Source: Raillietiella orientalis
Lineage: Eukaryota
Assembly (NCBI GenBank): GCA_036172245.1
Contig: JAYWIR010000052.1
Location: forward strand, 558,001 to 622,000
Length of the DNA stretch: 64,000 nt
Direction: 5' to 3'
Made by a program: the position numbers and the translations under genes. The notes beneath the pieces are model-generated. The model saw nothing but the letters and a program-made list of their open reading frames with translations, did not search any database and was not told where the DNA came from. Of this stretch, positions 1 to 12,539 are shown piece by piece (within the stretch, counting starts at the first letter, position 1; each line of letters starts with the position of its first letter).

Positions 1-2950
1 ACAAAAGGGCAGGAAGGCGCGGCAGCGCTCCTGGATCCTCAGAACGAAGACAAGACCTGTCGAAGAGCACGACGTAAGTACTTGCGCAGCACACACGCGA
101 GCTGTGTAGAAAACCCTGGAGCTCACTCACGGCACACGCGTTAGCCGAGGAGAAAGGTGGTGGCATTGCCTGCCAACAGCAACGGCCAGAGGAAAAGGGC
201 TACTACCGCAGAGGTCGTCCGCTCTACGGCCAACCACCTCGGGCTTACTACGCCTTAGGGAGGAATCCTTGCTTCCGGTGTCCCCGAAGAAAGATGAGAT
301 GGGTGGCAGCCGTGGGAGTATCGGATGCTCCCGGGAAAACAGGTCCAGCGATCAGTTCGTCCCCTCTCCTACCGCAGGAGCTGCCTAGAGCAATGACCTG
401 GAGTGGGTTATGCTCATGAGCAAACACGCGGGGTCCCTACTCAGGCATCAGGCACCCTTGCTCATTTCCGGAGGCAACCAGAGGCATCCGTGGTATGATT
501 CCCGCCGTCTGCATGCACCCATGTACATGGAGGGGGGGGGGGGAGCGAGTAGCAGCTGATAGGACAGGATAGGCTTCAGCGCGAAGCTCCCCTACAAGTG
601 AAAAGGCAGTTACCCGCAGCACGGATGCGTTCCATGCTTCAGCCGTACACGTGAGGACTCGCGTGGCTACGCACGTGTGCTGTCTTGGACGCACCCCGCA
701 CAACCCGTGGGGTCAGAAGTTTTGCCCTGGGGACGGATTTACGGAAGCAGGCCTGATGTGTCGGATTTTCAACAGACCTGCTGATTCCAAAAACTGGCGA
801 CAGATTTCCTGCAGGAACCCCGAATTGCACTTCGATGGCGGCACCGGAGCGACTCCCCGTTGGCAAAGCGGCACAACGCAAGCAAGTCGGAGGTCGCTGC
901 TTCGGACTCCGGAAGAGTTGATGCCGTAGAGGAGCGCGTCCGGAAACCGCCTCTTCGCCACGTGTCTCGAGGCGGCACGTGCCCTAGCGCCGCACGTTGG
1001 AAGAGCTATTTGCTGCTCGACTGATTGCGACGTGAATCAAAGAAATCAGTGGCACCTGTGGGAGAATCTTTTCGGACTTTCCACAACTTTTGCCTGCGTC
1101 GGGGAGGAGGGGGCCGTCGCACCTTGCGAGTTGTCCTCAGAGATGGGGCAAGTCCCAGCAGTCGTTTGCCCTGGCGCCGGGGGCAGGCCGAGCACGCGAG
1201 CCTGCCGCCGTGCTGACGTTGCAGCAGCGCGCTGCTATGCGTCTTGTGGAAAAGCGCCAGCGTTAGCCGTGTTAGCACGTTTCGTGCACGGCCTCATCCG
1301 TAATCGTGTTCTCGTGCGCGACGTCGATGGTGTAGGCATCGCTCGGCGCGCGTTCGTGTGAACTTGTCAAGGGAGAAGGGAAAAACCCTGCGGCCCTCTA
1401 CGCTCTGGACAGTGCTTCCATGCAGGAGGGGGAAGGGGAGGCTGGCGCGCCGGACAACAGAGGCGTAAGCAGCCGTGGCAACAGGTAACGAAGAGGGAAG
1501 CCTCTTGATATCTGCAAGTAGCAAAAGGCTGTAGCAACTGCTGGCATCTAAGACTCAGGAATAAAGGAATATCGTGTCGCAGCCCTCCTCTGTAACGAAC
1601 GCCTGCAGTGCATCACCCCCGCGCAAATCGGAGACTTTGCAGGGCAACGGGGAATTTCTTCAGAGTGTGAAAGTTGCACCCGACCCCCAGTAATGATTTT
1701 GAACCCTATGGCGCCGGGTCGTTCATTCCTCAAATAAACGACCCAGCTAAGCATACAAATCGTCGACTTATAACTGAGGAGGTTAAATAATAGAGCACCA
1801 ACGAGGGGTCGCCGCTGTTAGGGCGTCGGTTCGGAGGGATCGAAGGATTTGTTAGTGGCTTAGTTGTTCTTTCTGAAGGAAGAGGGATGCTGGAGGGTGG
1901 GAGGGACTCCCGACTAGGCCGGAAATTCTGGACCTTAGGCGATGATGGATCCGCGACGGCCTTGTTGGTCTTCGCTTTGTGGTCTTTGATAAGACCATAA
2001 AGCGGAGGACCTCCTTCACCGCTGCGATGGGAAGGTCATCGCTCTGGGAAAAACCGGCTAATGGATGTCCATCGGGCTGTCGATGGAGAGGGAAGCGGCT
2101 TGAGCCAGCTGCTCCTAACAGCGTTGCACTTTACCAGCACGCGCAGAAGAATCTGTTTTTTCCTCCTCGGCGGCTGCACAGTGGGAACACTCATCTCCTC
2201 TCTGCATGATGCCTCCTGGCATTGCTTACAAATGGACACTTAGGTCCGAGGGGGGCTGCTGTGCAGGAAGCGGTGTTATGTAGCTGTGGAGGCCGCAGTA
2301 CAAGAAGAGAACGGTGTTACGAAGCAGCCTGAAGAGAAGAGGCGGGTAGGGGACAAGTTCTCCTGGGTTAACCCCACAAAGTTGGCCCGGTACGTTGGAG
2401 TCGCATGAAGGACCAGATCGCCGGGCTGTTGCAACGTGACGTGGATGAAGGATCCGTCTGTTTCGCTGCCAACTTTGCAGGCGGTCTCTTCTGCGCAGTC
2501 TCCCCGTTCCCAGAGTTCATGCCAGAATTTGCCAGCGGCGATGCTGCGAATCTCCTTCCCCATCTTGCGGTCTTCCATGAGAGCGGATAATTGTTTATTA
2601 ACGATAAACGTTAGGGGGAAAATAGACCCTCCTCCCCGTTCCCCTAATGGTTTGCACTCGCTCATTCTCGTCCAAGATTCACCGCCAGTATCCGGTTTCG
2701 AAAACAGAAAGCTTCTGCTTGAGGAGGTAAGCTGGAAGCTTCCCGCTATTCAGTGGGTCACCAGGATTTCTTTCTTCCTTCGATGGGAAATCGACGGCGG
2801 CTTCTTGAATGTATGCCGTGCTTCTTTTTGGATGCCTTCATGGCGTCGTGAAAGGAAACGAAAGCACCCCGCGATCAATGAGCGAAAGGATCTGGTCAAC
2901 TGCGATAGGAAGGTGCCCAAGCACCAGCAAACTAAGCGCTACGGTGAGTT
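1..2950 (-). mobile_element. Decayed L1/Tx1-like non-LTR retrotransposon ORF2 (linker, RT, start of C-terminal zinc finger; runs off the window)
   Basis: Minus-strand translations in collinear order, with frameshifts: linker 'EDRKMGKEIRS' (~2550), 'QPDGHPLAGF' (GPDG-like, ~2070), 'IKRLPSSLPVATAAYA' (YADD region, ~1480), 'PSCPFC' at bases 1-20. Boundaries approximate. Confidence 0.65.
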
Positions 2951-3199
2951 CTCCTGGGTGCTTTCTCACGGTCTCAGAGGCATCCCCGTCTCAGCAATGT
3001 TCACCTGACGTCCAACCCTTGGAACATTTCTTAGATCCAAACAAGCTCCGGTATCGAAACCTGAAGGTGATGCTCGCAGTAGGTCGCAGCGAGCGAGCCA
3101 TGAACGTTTCGACAGCAAAAGATTGGAGATTCCTGCACCGGATTTCCCCCACTCCGCATTCTTTCCCAAGGGAAAGTGAATTGGGATTTTATGCTTCGT

Positions 3200-4900
3200 C
3201 GGCAAAATGCCAAACACTGCGAAGGTACTCCCTTGAACTCGAATTTCATGGACACACACAGAAATCCGACCATTTGAAGTCTCACGCCTTCCTCTTCTTT
3301 GCTTTTCTCGGTAACTCGCCTTCCGAATCTCCCAGATGTACTGTGCGAACGCCAGGACTAACCTTAAGGCGGAAACACTTGAAGCCGTGGTGGCTTCCAA
3401 AGAAGCAGTCTGCATCTGTGAGTGTGTGTTTGTGAGTGCTGATTCGTGTGACGCCCAAGCAGATTACATCAGATGAACCAGTTCTGCTTGCACATCCTCC
3501 ACGGTCCTCGAATCTACGAGAAAATCACTGATATCGGAAATGATAGCGTCTGGAGTTCCTTCGATGTTCTCCTTCCAACTTTTAGTTGCCTCATTTAATC
3601 TTTAGAAAAACCGAAGATCTACTTCTTTAAAACGAAAAATCTACGATTGTTTTTCCTCCTCAGTGGTTCAGGTGGTGCTCTTTTCCTTCTGCATTTCCAT
3701 GTTTTCCTTCACCAGCTTGTCTTCTGATGTTACTTCGTCTTCAAGTTTGAAAATGCTGGCAAAACAGGAAGCGAGAAAATTATGATCTCGCGGGAGAAAG
3801 TCAGGAATACACTAAGTACTAAGTAGAAGAAAAAGCTAGAATATGTATATAAATGTAAAGGCAGAGTGATAATGGATACCATTTATGGGTTTATCATACA
3901 CTTTCCTATGGTATATGATTAGAACGATGCACTGCATGTCTTTTGTGTTTGAAAAAAAAAAAAAAAAAAAACTTCACATCAATCCGAATATGAGACGATG
4001 TATCCCTAGTAACTTCAACTTTTAAATGAAGCTAAACGAATGCACTGACACCATACCGAGAAAAGCACATGAAGCAGAAGCGGCAGACATCTTTTACCTT
4101 AGCGGGAAACCCTAATGAATTAATTAAAAGAGAATTCACAAGACCTGGAATTTACCAGACCTAATTTCCTTTGTGATTGTCACAGTGATCCAGCAGAAAG
4201 ACTTTGTAAGCAAACGGATGATCGCACACTTGAGTTTATGTATTTTTAATATGAAACCACCTATTTTAAAAGATAATTCACGAAGAGATGAAAGGCAATA
4301 GGATAATGCATACTAGATCGTTAGTAAGAAGTTCTTTTTAAACATACAAAGATCTGCCACTCTATGTGTACTTCATAATCCTAACAGGGGTCGGAATAAT
4401 TCTCATACTTTGAATGGAATTTTTTTTTTTAAGAGCTCTAACTGGGAGACAATCTAAAGAACATTTTAAAGTGAACATACAAATACATTTGCTGTATAAG
4501 AATATCCTATATATACTACAAGTCGCCATCGTATAAATCGTCAGTCACATAGTGATTTCAGAAGTGTACATGGATATGTGTACTTTACATTAGCAGTTTG
4601 TTTCGTAAAAATGGAGTTTTATGGTATGCTGTGCACATAACAAGAGAAACAAATGTGATCATTCTTCCACAACAAGCTGGCACTCTACGTGAAAATCTAG
4701 TGTATTAAGTTCTATCAAAATCAAGTTTCCACCAGCACGACCAGATTTCTCGTGGACCGTCTCCCAGGAAGGACAAGATCGAGTTACTACGCCAACATGG
4801 TGTAAATCCGAGAACCTGTTTTCACACAGCAAGTGCGAAAACAACGTTATGGTTTGGCACATTTACATTCAGCCCCAGAGTTTTTCAACTATCAGTGCAT
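3200..4900 (-). mobile_element. Decayed L1/Tx1-like 3' half
   Basis: 'PSWETVHEKSGRAGGNLILIEL' (W...GGLG-like, ORF 4659-4862) and C-terminal 'LVLAFAQYIWEIRKASY' (IW..R motif, ORF 2966-3415); AT-rich interruption in between. Confidence 0.5.
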
Positions 4901-5485
4901 CTTTCAAAGTTCATGAATGTTTGAATAAAAAATGAACACACGTTCAATGACGTTTGTTTGGCCATTGTGCATTACTCTGGGAACGTCTCAAGGGTCAAAG
5001 ATGGGGAAGGATCGTTCCGTTGTGAATAAATAAAGATGTCGGCATTTTTTCCTGTCATATAATTAGAATCTATTCCGGAAAGACAGCAGGCATTTACGAA
5101 ATTTTTTCTAAATCCTGAATTCTCATTGCAAAGATTAGATCATTCAAACTCGATTATTGTATGATTTTAGAGCTACTCTGCTACTTATCCGAGGAATTAA
5201 TAAAAAGGACAAAACAATGATAATACCTTTATTATTTTATGTACTCTGAAAAGTACAATTTTTGTAATTGCACTCATTTTCAAACTAAATTGTGCTGCAT
5301 AACTACTTTCGATTCCGAGCATGATCAAATTGCATTGCATTCCATACTATAATGCATATTTTGTTTCTTTGCCTTGTTTTGAACGGAATACTAGAAACAG
5401 CAAATAGATCATCCATATTTGCAAAGAAATATCATTTCTCTACAGTCGTTCACATGGCAATCTTCTCATATTGCGATTATTTACA

Positions 5486-5511
5486 TTGGCGCGAACATTT
5501 AAAGTTTTGAA
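5486..5511 (+). promoter_or_regulatory. Candidate E2F site plus CHR-like element upstream of UHRF1
   Basis: TTGGCGCGAA (5486-5495) followed by TTTAAA (5498-5503) and TTTGAA (5506-5511), ~80-105 nt before the ATG; UHRF1 is a known E2F target in vertebrates. Motif match only. Confidence 0.4.
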
Positions 5512-5591
5512 TGTGAGTTGAGAAGAGAGCAGCATGGCACATTGTCAGGGAATATAAAGCGTGACTGTGTGATGAGGTTGAATAAGTGATC

Positions 5592-8500
5592 ATGTTTGTG
5601 AAAGTAAGAACGTTTCAAGGTAGTCATGAAGAATTGGTGCCTATATCTAAAACAGCCCGAATCGAGGAACTTAAAAAAGAAATCGAAAAAATACTAGGAA
5701 TTTCCCCAGATAAACAACGATTATTTTTTAGAGGAAAACAGGTGACTTTACGTTTTCTTAATGTGATTTTTCCTCACAGTTTGATTTCGTACTTCTCTGT
5801 TAGCAAGTAATCCTTGTATAAATGTTTCCTTTAAGCATAATAATTTGGGTTTTGGTTTGTAGTTTGCCTAGATTTCTCTTTGTAGTTTTAACTGTTGAAT
5901 TGCAAAACAGAGACCCTGGGATGTATTGGGTGTTCTCTTCAATTTGTGGAAATAAGTTGTAGCAATTTTTGACAAGCTGAAGTTTTATGTGCATGTGTTA
6001 AAAAGTGTCAACTTTTATTCAGTTGGAAAGTGGATTCAGATTGATTGACTACAGCATAGACATAAATGATGTTATTCAGCTGATGGAAAAGAGAACAATA
6101 GAAGAGCCCATGACAAGGAAAGTCAAAACCGAAAGCTCTCTTCCCGTAAGTTTCGATTTCTTTAACGTTTAAAACGAATTTTATTCGTAGATAACCAACA
6201 ACGGTGAGATTCCAGCAGAAAGTGAATATTATAAGGTAATGTTATGACACACTTGCCAATTAAACTCGAAACCTAATTACTTTTTTTTAATTTCTAATTT
6301 GGTAATTTTGGTAATAAAATGTTTCTAGGTGGCATGATGCAGACAAAGCACATACACCCAAAACTTGGATTCTTAATTTGATGTATCAATTAATATGTGT
6401 GTTTGTCCAACAGATAGGAGATCCAGTAGATGCTTTAGAGCCACGTATCCAGGCTTGGTTTGAAGCACACATAACAAGTATTGTAAGGAGGACTGTTTCC
6501 AAAGCTGGTCATGACCTCAGTCACTTAGAAGAAAAATTGATTACAGATGAAGCTTCCTGCAAGGTAACTCCAGTGACCAATGAAACTGAAAATCTGGTCT
6601 ACTATACTCTATTTGAGGGGTGAGTTGTGCCATCCGGTATTTGCTGTCCTTAAGGTGGGACTTTTATTTAGCTATCCAAACGAGGATCCTCTGCCTCAAA
6701 CATTCCAAACCATTCGCCCTCGAGCCACTGTATTTCTTGATATTGCTCAGGTGAAAGTAGGCGATTTGGTTCTGGCCAATTATAATCTGGACCATCCAGA
6801 GCTCAGAGGCTATTGGTATGACTGTAGAATCACCAGAATTACAAGGCGCCAGATCAAAGGGGATTTGTTATTGGGAAACATAGTGGTTCGAGACTGCTGT
6901 CTTAGGTATCCTGATGAACTGATGAGGATCGAAAAAAAGCGATCATTGTGCCATGATGCACAGTCTGTATCTGTTTTGCACACAGATAATACATTGTCCT
7001 CTGAGATACGTATGTGCTGTGCTCTTAGAGGGATCAGAGGGTATATATAAGTGCTGTGCATTATAGGTTCTGTGGCCCCTGAATGTAGCGAATGTTTGGA
7101 TAATCCTAGCATCCTGTGCTATGAATGTGGTTGCCAGAAATGTGGGGGCAAGGACAATCCAGCAACCTTGCTCCTTTGTGATGAGTGTGATCAAGCCTTC
7201 CATTTGCAGTGCTTGGATCCCCCGCTCGAAGAAATTCCTCAACAGGAAGAATGGTAATAGAACTATTAGCAAGCAGTTCATTGGGCTTCAGGTTTTGTCC
7301 TGAGTGCAAAAATGATGCAAATGAAATTGTGCAGGCGGGTCAAGCACCTCCACAGCGGAAGCTAGTTTCCAGTAGTACCTCATGCAAAAGGGACTGGGGA
7401 AGGGGCATGGCTTGTGTGGGGAGACAAAAAGTGTGCACTTTAGTGCCACCTGACCATTTTGGACCTATTCCTGGTGTGGAAGTGGGCACTCTGTGGAAGT
7501 TCCGTGTTCAAGTGTCAGAAGCAGGGGTGCATCGACCCCATGTAGCTGGCATACATGGCTCTGAGACCAAAGGAGCATTCAGTATTGTGTTTAGTGGAGG
7601 CTATGAGGGTGATAGTGATCAAGGTGATGAATTCTTTTACACAGGATCTGGAGGACGGGATTTATCAGGCAACAAACGAACTGCACAGCAGAGTTGTGAC
7701 CAGACACTAACTCGCACTAACAAGTAAGGTAATAGAATGATCCTCTTGATGTGTCCCAAGGGCTTTAGCTTTGAACTGCAATGCACCCTTGGATAGTCAA
7801 AATGGGGCAAAAGCTAAATACTGGCGTAGTGGGCTTCCTGTACGAGTTGTACGCAACTACAAAGCCCAGAATAACTCACCGTATGCACCAAAGGAAGGAA
7901 ATCGTTATGATGGTATTTACAAAGTTGTAAGCTATTGGTCAGAGGTCGGCCCCTCCGGGTTTCGTGTTTGGCGATTTTTATTACGTCGAGATGACATCTC
8001 TCCTGCTCCATGGACCAAAAAAGGCATTGAGCGCAGTCTTAGTCTAGGGCTAACCATGCAGGTGAAGACGAACTTAAGGTGGTCACTTCATGCTGCTTGT
8101 TGTTTTCATCAAGTATCCTGAAGGCTATTTGGATGTGATGAATGTGCAAAAGACAACGCCTCAGAAAAGGAAAACCTCTGAATTTTCCAAACCTGTAAAG
8201 ATCAAAATATCTTGGGTCCTCAAGAGTTCTTCAAGAGCCTTAATTAAAAAAGATACCGTAAATAACCGACTTTGGGAGGACTGTCTGACTCAAGTGGATC
8301 AAGGAAGACAGGTAAACGTTTATTTCCCAAATTGATGCATAAGTGAATTGTAGGCATTTCTCAAATCCATTGAAAAAGCATTCATTTGTATTTGTTGCCA
8401 AGATATGGTGTATGAGCCTGTAACGACCCCCTGCAAACATAATTTTTGTTTTGCTTGTCTGACACGTTCATTTGAAGCTGATGTGTGTTCTTGCCCATCT

Positions 8501-8596
8501 TGCCGTGCTCCATTACCTGATCTCGACTGCTGCCGCTCCAATAATGAACTGAAAGCAGCGCTGCAACATTTCTTTCCAGGGTATTGCAGAACATGA
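5592..8596 (+). CDS. UHRF1: E3 ubiquitin ligase UHRF1 (UBL, tandem Tudor, PHD, SRA, RING), 740 aa, 10 exons
   Basis: Exons 5592-5741, 6023-6145, 6191-6235, 6414-6619, 6672-7009, 7067-7253, 7292-7723, 7761-8061, 8114-8311, 8354-8596; all introns GT-AG and phases join (2223 nt). Motifs: UBL '[11 protein letters not shown]', Tudor '[15 protein letters not shown]', PHD '[20 protein letters not shown]', SRA '[20 protein letters not shown]...[16 protein letters not shown]...RYDGIYKV', RING '[21 protein letters not shown]'. Confidence 0.97.
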
Positions 8597-8899
8597 TCTC
8601 AATTGACTACTGAGATGTGTCAATAGTTAACTCCCATTTCATGTTTGTCCATTTCTTCATTTCATTTCGTCCACGTTTTGTTTAGGGAACAACGTGAAGT
8701 GTTCATAATGAGTGTTCGCATCAGATTGGTGCATACATAATCAGACTCATTCCGCAATAAAGTTACTTTTTTAAATTATGCGTAGGCATGAAGGAATAAT
8801 GCCCATTGAATTCATGGATTCATGCAATCCTTGGAATTTTTTCACTCGCTGTATAGCCTGTAATGACTGTTGGCATGAGTGATGCGGCGCACGAAGCCC

Positions 8900-10700
8900 T
8901 CGGGCCAACTCTTCCCTGGTGCCATGTGGTGCCCTAGCAGTTTCTCAGCAACCGCGGGGCATAGAGAATGAGGGGGTGGAGGTGGAATTTGGGTCCCAAC
9001 ATCCGGGTACTCCGCGTGTTGCGCAAAACCACTACAAACATGGAAAGTTTGGATGTTTAGCTGTCCCCAAGTTCATGGAGCTTTCCTGCAAGCGTGCTCT
9101 TCCATCGTTGTTGTTGAAGCTTCGATACAGATGGCTGTCCAAAGCGTCGACGTAAGAGCGTTGGTTTCCACGTTTACCCTGCATTTGGGAATTGCTCTGT
9201 TCCCAAATGTTTTTTCTTCTAAATCATCCACTGCTTTAGAGCTTAACGGTTGTAAATACGGTATCCCTAGATCTTTGGAGCTTGTGACATTAGTTTGCGC
9301 ATCAAGAGGAAATTAAAATGTATATTCGTTTTTCATGGGTGAGCAGGAAGGTGAGTGTCCTTGTGACGAGGTTCTCTTGAGTATTCCTGCAACCTGTATT
9401 CATACCAGCTGTCCGTAAGTGGCATCAGTGTGGTCTATGCGTCCCTAAACTAGCAGCAACTTGGTGTTTGCGCATGGTCTCATCACCATTTTTGCAAAGT
9501 ATAACGGTTCGCGACGGACTTTTATCCTCTTGAGGACGTAATTTGAACTCGGAACTGCTTGTTCAGAAAATTTAGTTCTAATATACTTGGGAAGTGTTTG
9601 CCTAATATCGATTAACACCCGGGTGCACCGGGGTGTCCCTACGTCCCGTCTTGTGCGGAGCTCCTGGCTGCCACGATCCCGCGTAGGCAGCAGCACAGAG
9701 CTGCTGGGGATGCGGCAGGCCAAAGGGCATCGCGCACGAAGGGGCGCTTGAAGACGTCTCTGGGAGCATTCACTGGCTGCTCCTAGGGCCGTTGCGAAAC
9801 GCACCCACAGGGTCGGAGGGCAATACAGTCGATGAGCAGGTGCGGGAGGGATTCCCGTACCCCGCACCTGACGCAGTTTGGGTCCACAGCCCTCCAGGTC
9901 CAGTGAGATCGATGGGCCTTTCTGGGGAGTTCCCAGTGCAACACCAGAAACACCGACTCCTGCATCTTCAGGGGAAGCACCCGGGGTTACTGGAGGGCTT
10001 CCTCCCAGCGCTCGCCCCAGAGCAATAGTCCCTTCGGTGGGGCACTTGGGGTCGCAGCGTTCGTAAGCTGGCCCGTGGTCCAACCACCTAGTTCCTTCTC
10101 TCGGCCCGAGATTTCATAACGGATCTCCCATTTGGCCGGCTGACTACTGCCCAGGTGCTCCCTGAGGTAGTGCAGAGCCGTGGCTGGGGAGGAGGTCCTT
10201 TCAGCCCACACACGCGATGCGGGCTGCACGATGACGTCCTGCAGAGAACAGTTGCTGTAACGGGAGTGCAGAGACTGCAACTCCGGGCTCGCTCCCTTGT
10301 TCCTGGCCCATGAGCGAACGGTTTCCTGTAACCAGGCACTGCCGTTCGTGGGCCGGTTTGCCTAATATCGAAGACCACTCGGTAAGCAGCACGAGAATTC
10401 TGAGTTACAGAACAATGTGATCCAATGTGAAAACCTGGCAGTTCATTGGCAGAGGATGGCTTTCTGCCTGGACCGGATGCAACGGATGCAGTTATCCTCC
10501 ATTTGGTGCTTGTGTGCTTGGATGTGCATTGCAAACTGTGCGATGTTCATCTTGAGACAAAACATGCACTTGAAAGCAAAACGGTCAAGGCTCATCAGTT
10601 GCTGCATTGGAAACTTTCGCCAATTGGAAATAGGAACTGTTACTATAATATGAGGGTATATCCTTGCTAGCGATGATAAAAGCTCTTAAGCAAATCATTG
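8900..10700 (-). mobile_element. Old non-LTR retrotransposon relic (RT thumb to C-terminal region, clade uncertain), interrupted by a younger insertion
   Basis: Removing 9612-10371 restores one frame: 'VTQNSRAAYRVVFDIRQTLPKYIRTKFSEQ...KRIKVRREPLYFAKM', then 'LQQQRWKSTLAGKLHEL'. May continue into the RT core at 11550-12200. Confidence 0.4.
9612..10355 (-). mobile_element. 744-bp L1/Tx1-like fragment with zf-RVT zinc finger, flanked by a 16-bp target-site duplication
   Basis: 'VDPNCVRCGVRESLPHLLIDC' (CX2C...H...C); exact direct repeat GTTTGCCTAATATCGA at 9596-9611 and 10356-10371; visibly homologous at DNA level to 29510-29780. Confidence 0.82.
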
Positions 10701-11549
10701 ATCTCAATGCAAACAATTATACAACAAACAATTGCATCTGTCCGTAGCTATAAGTGTCCGTTCTTAAGGTTCTTACCTTCGGATAGCTGTAATACATTGT
10801 GATGAAGGTCTAGAACTCAAGGGAACAATGGCAGAGAATATTCAAAAAGGCAGCATCAAAATTTCCTATCTTACCTTAATTTGTTTTGAAAACATACCAT
10901 AAGGTCGGAAAGATAAGTGATGGGTTGTTCTCGCATTAATGGGTTGTAGATTAGATTCTTTTCAACACTTCTTACTCCCAAACAAGTTCGGAAGAGAAAC
11001 TTACTTGACTTGACTTACTAAAAAGTGCACTGTCAAGTGGTATTACTGTCAAGTCATCACAAGTGCTAACCAATGATTTCACAATCTACCCTCTTTCCTT
11101 TGGAGACAAGAGTGCTCCTTCCTTTTTTTTTTTTGGTACTTCTAGATAGCTTTACATGAATCAAATTACGGTGAAAAATGCCTTTCCTCGATGAACTCTT
11201 TGTGCTCATTTTTTTTCAAGATGACTGAGAAGCACTCGTCGCTGCATGCATGAAATGTACGGTTTCTAGGGAAGTGGATATCAAAAACAACAACGCGGTA
11301 AACCGAAAGGTAATAAAATTCTCCAGGCAAACGAGGAAAAACAAGAATAAACGTACTTCGAATTTCGAAGGAAAATCCTAGAAACGAGTACTGCATACAC
11401 GGAAAATTTTTCAACCCTATTTACCTTAGCTTTACGCCCTTGTCGAATCGCAAAAAAATAAACTATTTTTAACAGTATTACCAGTAAACATTAGTTAATC
11501 TAAATTCAGCTCAAGTGTGAATAGCTGTTCAGGATTTTTTACGATGTAA

Positions 11550-12200
11550 CCCGCTTAGTGAACTGCATGGAGGGCAGTGTTTGTAGAAACCACTACTCAT
11601 TACACATAAACTTTACGATGAAGATATCGGATGCTACCGTTAGTGCCAACATTTGGTGAATCTAGGTTTACTGCTAGGGTTTGCTTAAAATGCAAATGCA
11701 AATGCTTGCTTTGTACTTAATTCATTCCAAACAGATTAAAATGACTTTCAGTTAGTTTATCCTAAACAGTTCATTCTACATTGTACACAGCCCATTGTAT
11801 ACATCACTGCTTTCTTTAATGTTGTCTCCATAGACAGTGTACCATTTCAAGCTGTATGTTCGTGTCAGCACTGCCAACAAAGGTACAAGTTGCTGTTGTG
11901 GCAAACAGTGAATTATTTTCCATTGAATACGTCATTTTCATACTATATTGCTCACCTTATTATGTATCACAGAATTTTAGAGCATTACTGTCTACACTGT
12001 CCACGGGAAATTTATTCCTTTTAACCAACTGCTTGCTATGTCCTTCAGATCATAGTCGATTTACTCTAGGTTTTCCAAATGTGCAAAAAACCTGTGTATC
12101 AATATTACCTTTTGATTTACTTGCATATTCGAAGTCGGGATACGTATGTTCTTGTGCTGAAAAAGTTATTTTTTGAACTCAAAACAGCACGTAACCGATC
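11550..12200 (-). mobile_element. AT-eroded non-LTR RT core relic
   Basis: Minus strand 'HRFFAHLENLE*IDYDLKDIASSWLKG' (H..L..KL...W-like, ~12030-12090) followed by 'SLFATTATCTF' (LFADD-like, ~11890). Confidence 0.4.
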
Positions 12201-12539
12201 ATTTGTTTTCTATAAATAAAAACAGAGTTATTAGAGCGTATAAGGTAAATTGTTTTGGAATGATATGTTGTTAATCTTTTTTTCACTTTTCATTTTCTGA
12301 TGATTGTTCGTTTTCAGACTATTGAGAGTATTTCGCTCGATTCCTTGAATCCGGATTCCTGTATTCAGAAGTTTGCTGTTTCTAATGTTTCGTAAGAGGC
12401 GCTTATTCTTATTTCACTGATACTATTGGGAAATCGAATACCCGGGTTTTAAACATTCCATTTCAATGGAAAAAAAATACGAAACCAAATAAATGAACGG
12501 TATGGCTCTGCTCCATCTTGTCTGCTCATGGAGTCCGAT

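Noticed and set aside
437..3435. Many 60-210 aa ORFs on both strands, with similar sets at 30000-33600, 43300-47400 and 51000-63300
   Set aside because: No family motifs in a continuous frame; explained as chance ORFs in GC-rich decayed LINE sequence.
10738..11430. Cluster of minus-strand donor-like sites (AAG|GTAAGA twice, AAG|GTAAAT) with plausible 39- and 65-nt introns
   Set aside because: Joined exons give no convincing ORF and the region lies among retroelement relics; a spliced non-coding RNA cannot be supported without transcripts.
12245..12397. Exon-like segment 12318-12391 flanked by TTTTCAG and GTAAGA
   Set aside because: Peptide is unrecognisable and no partner exons were found.
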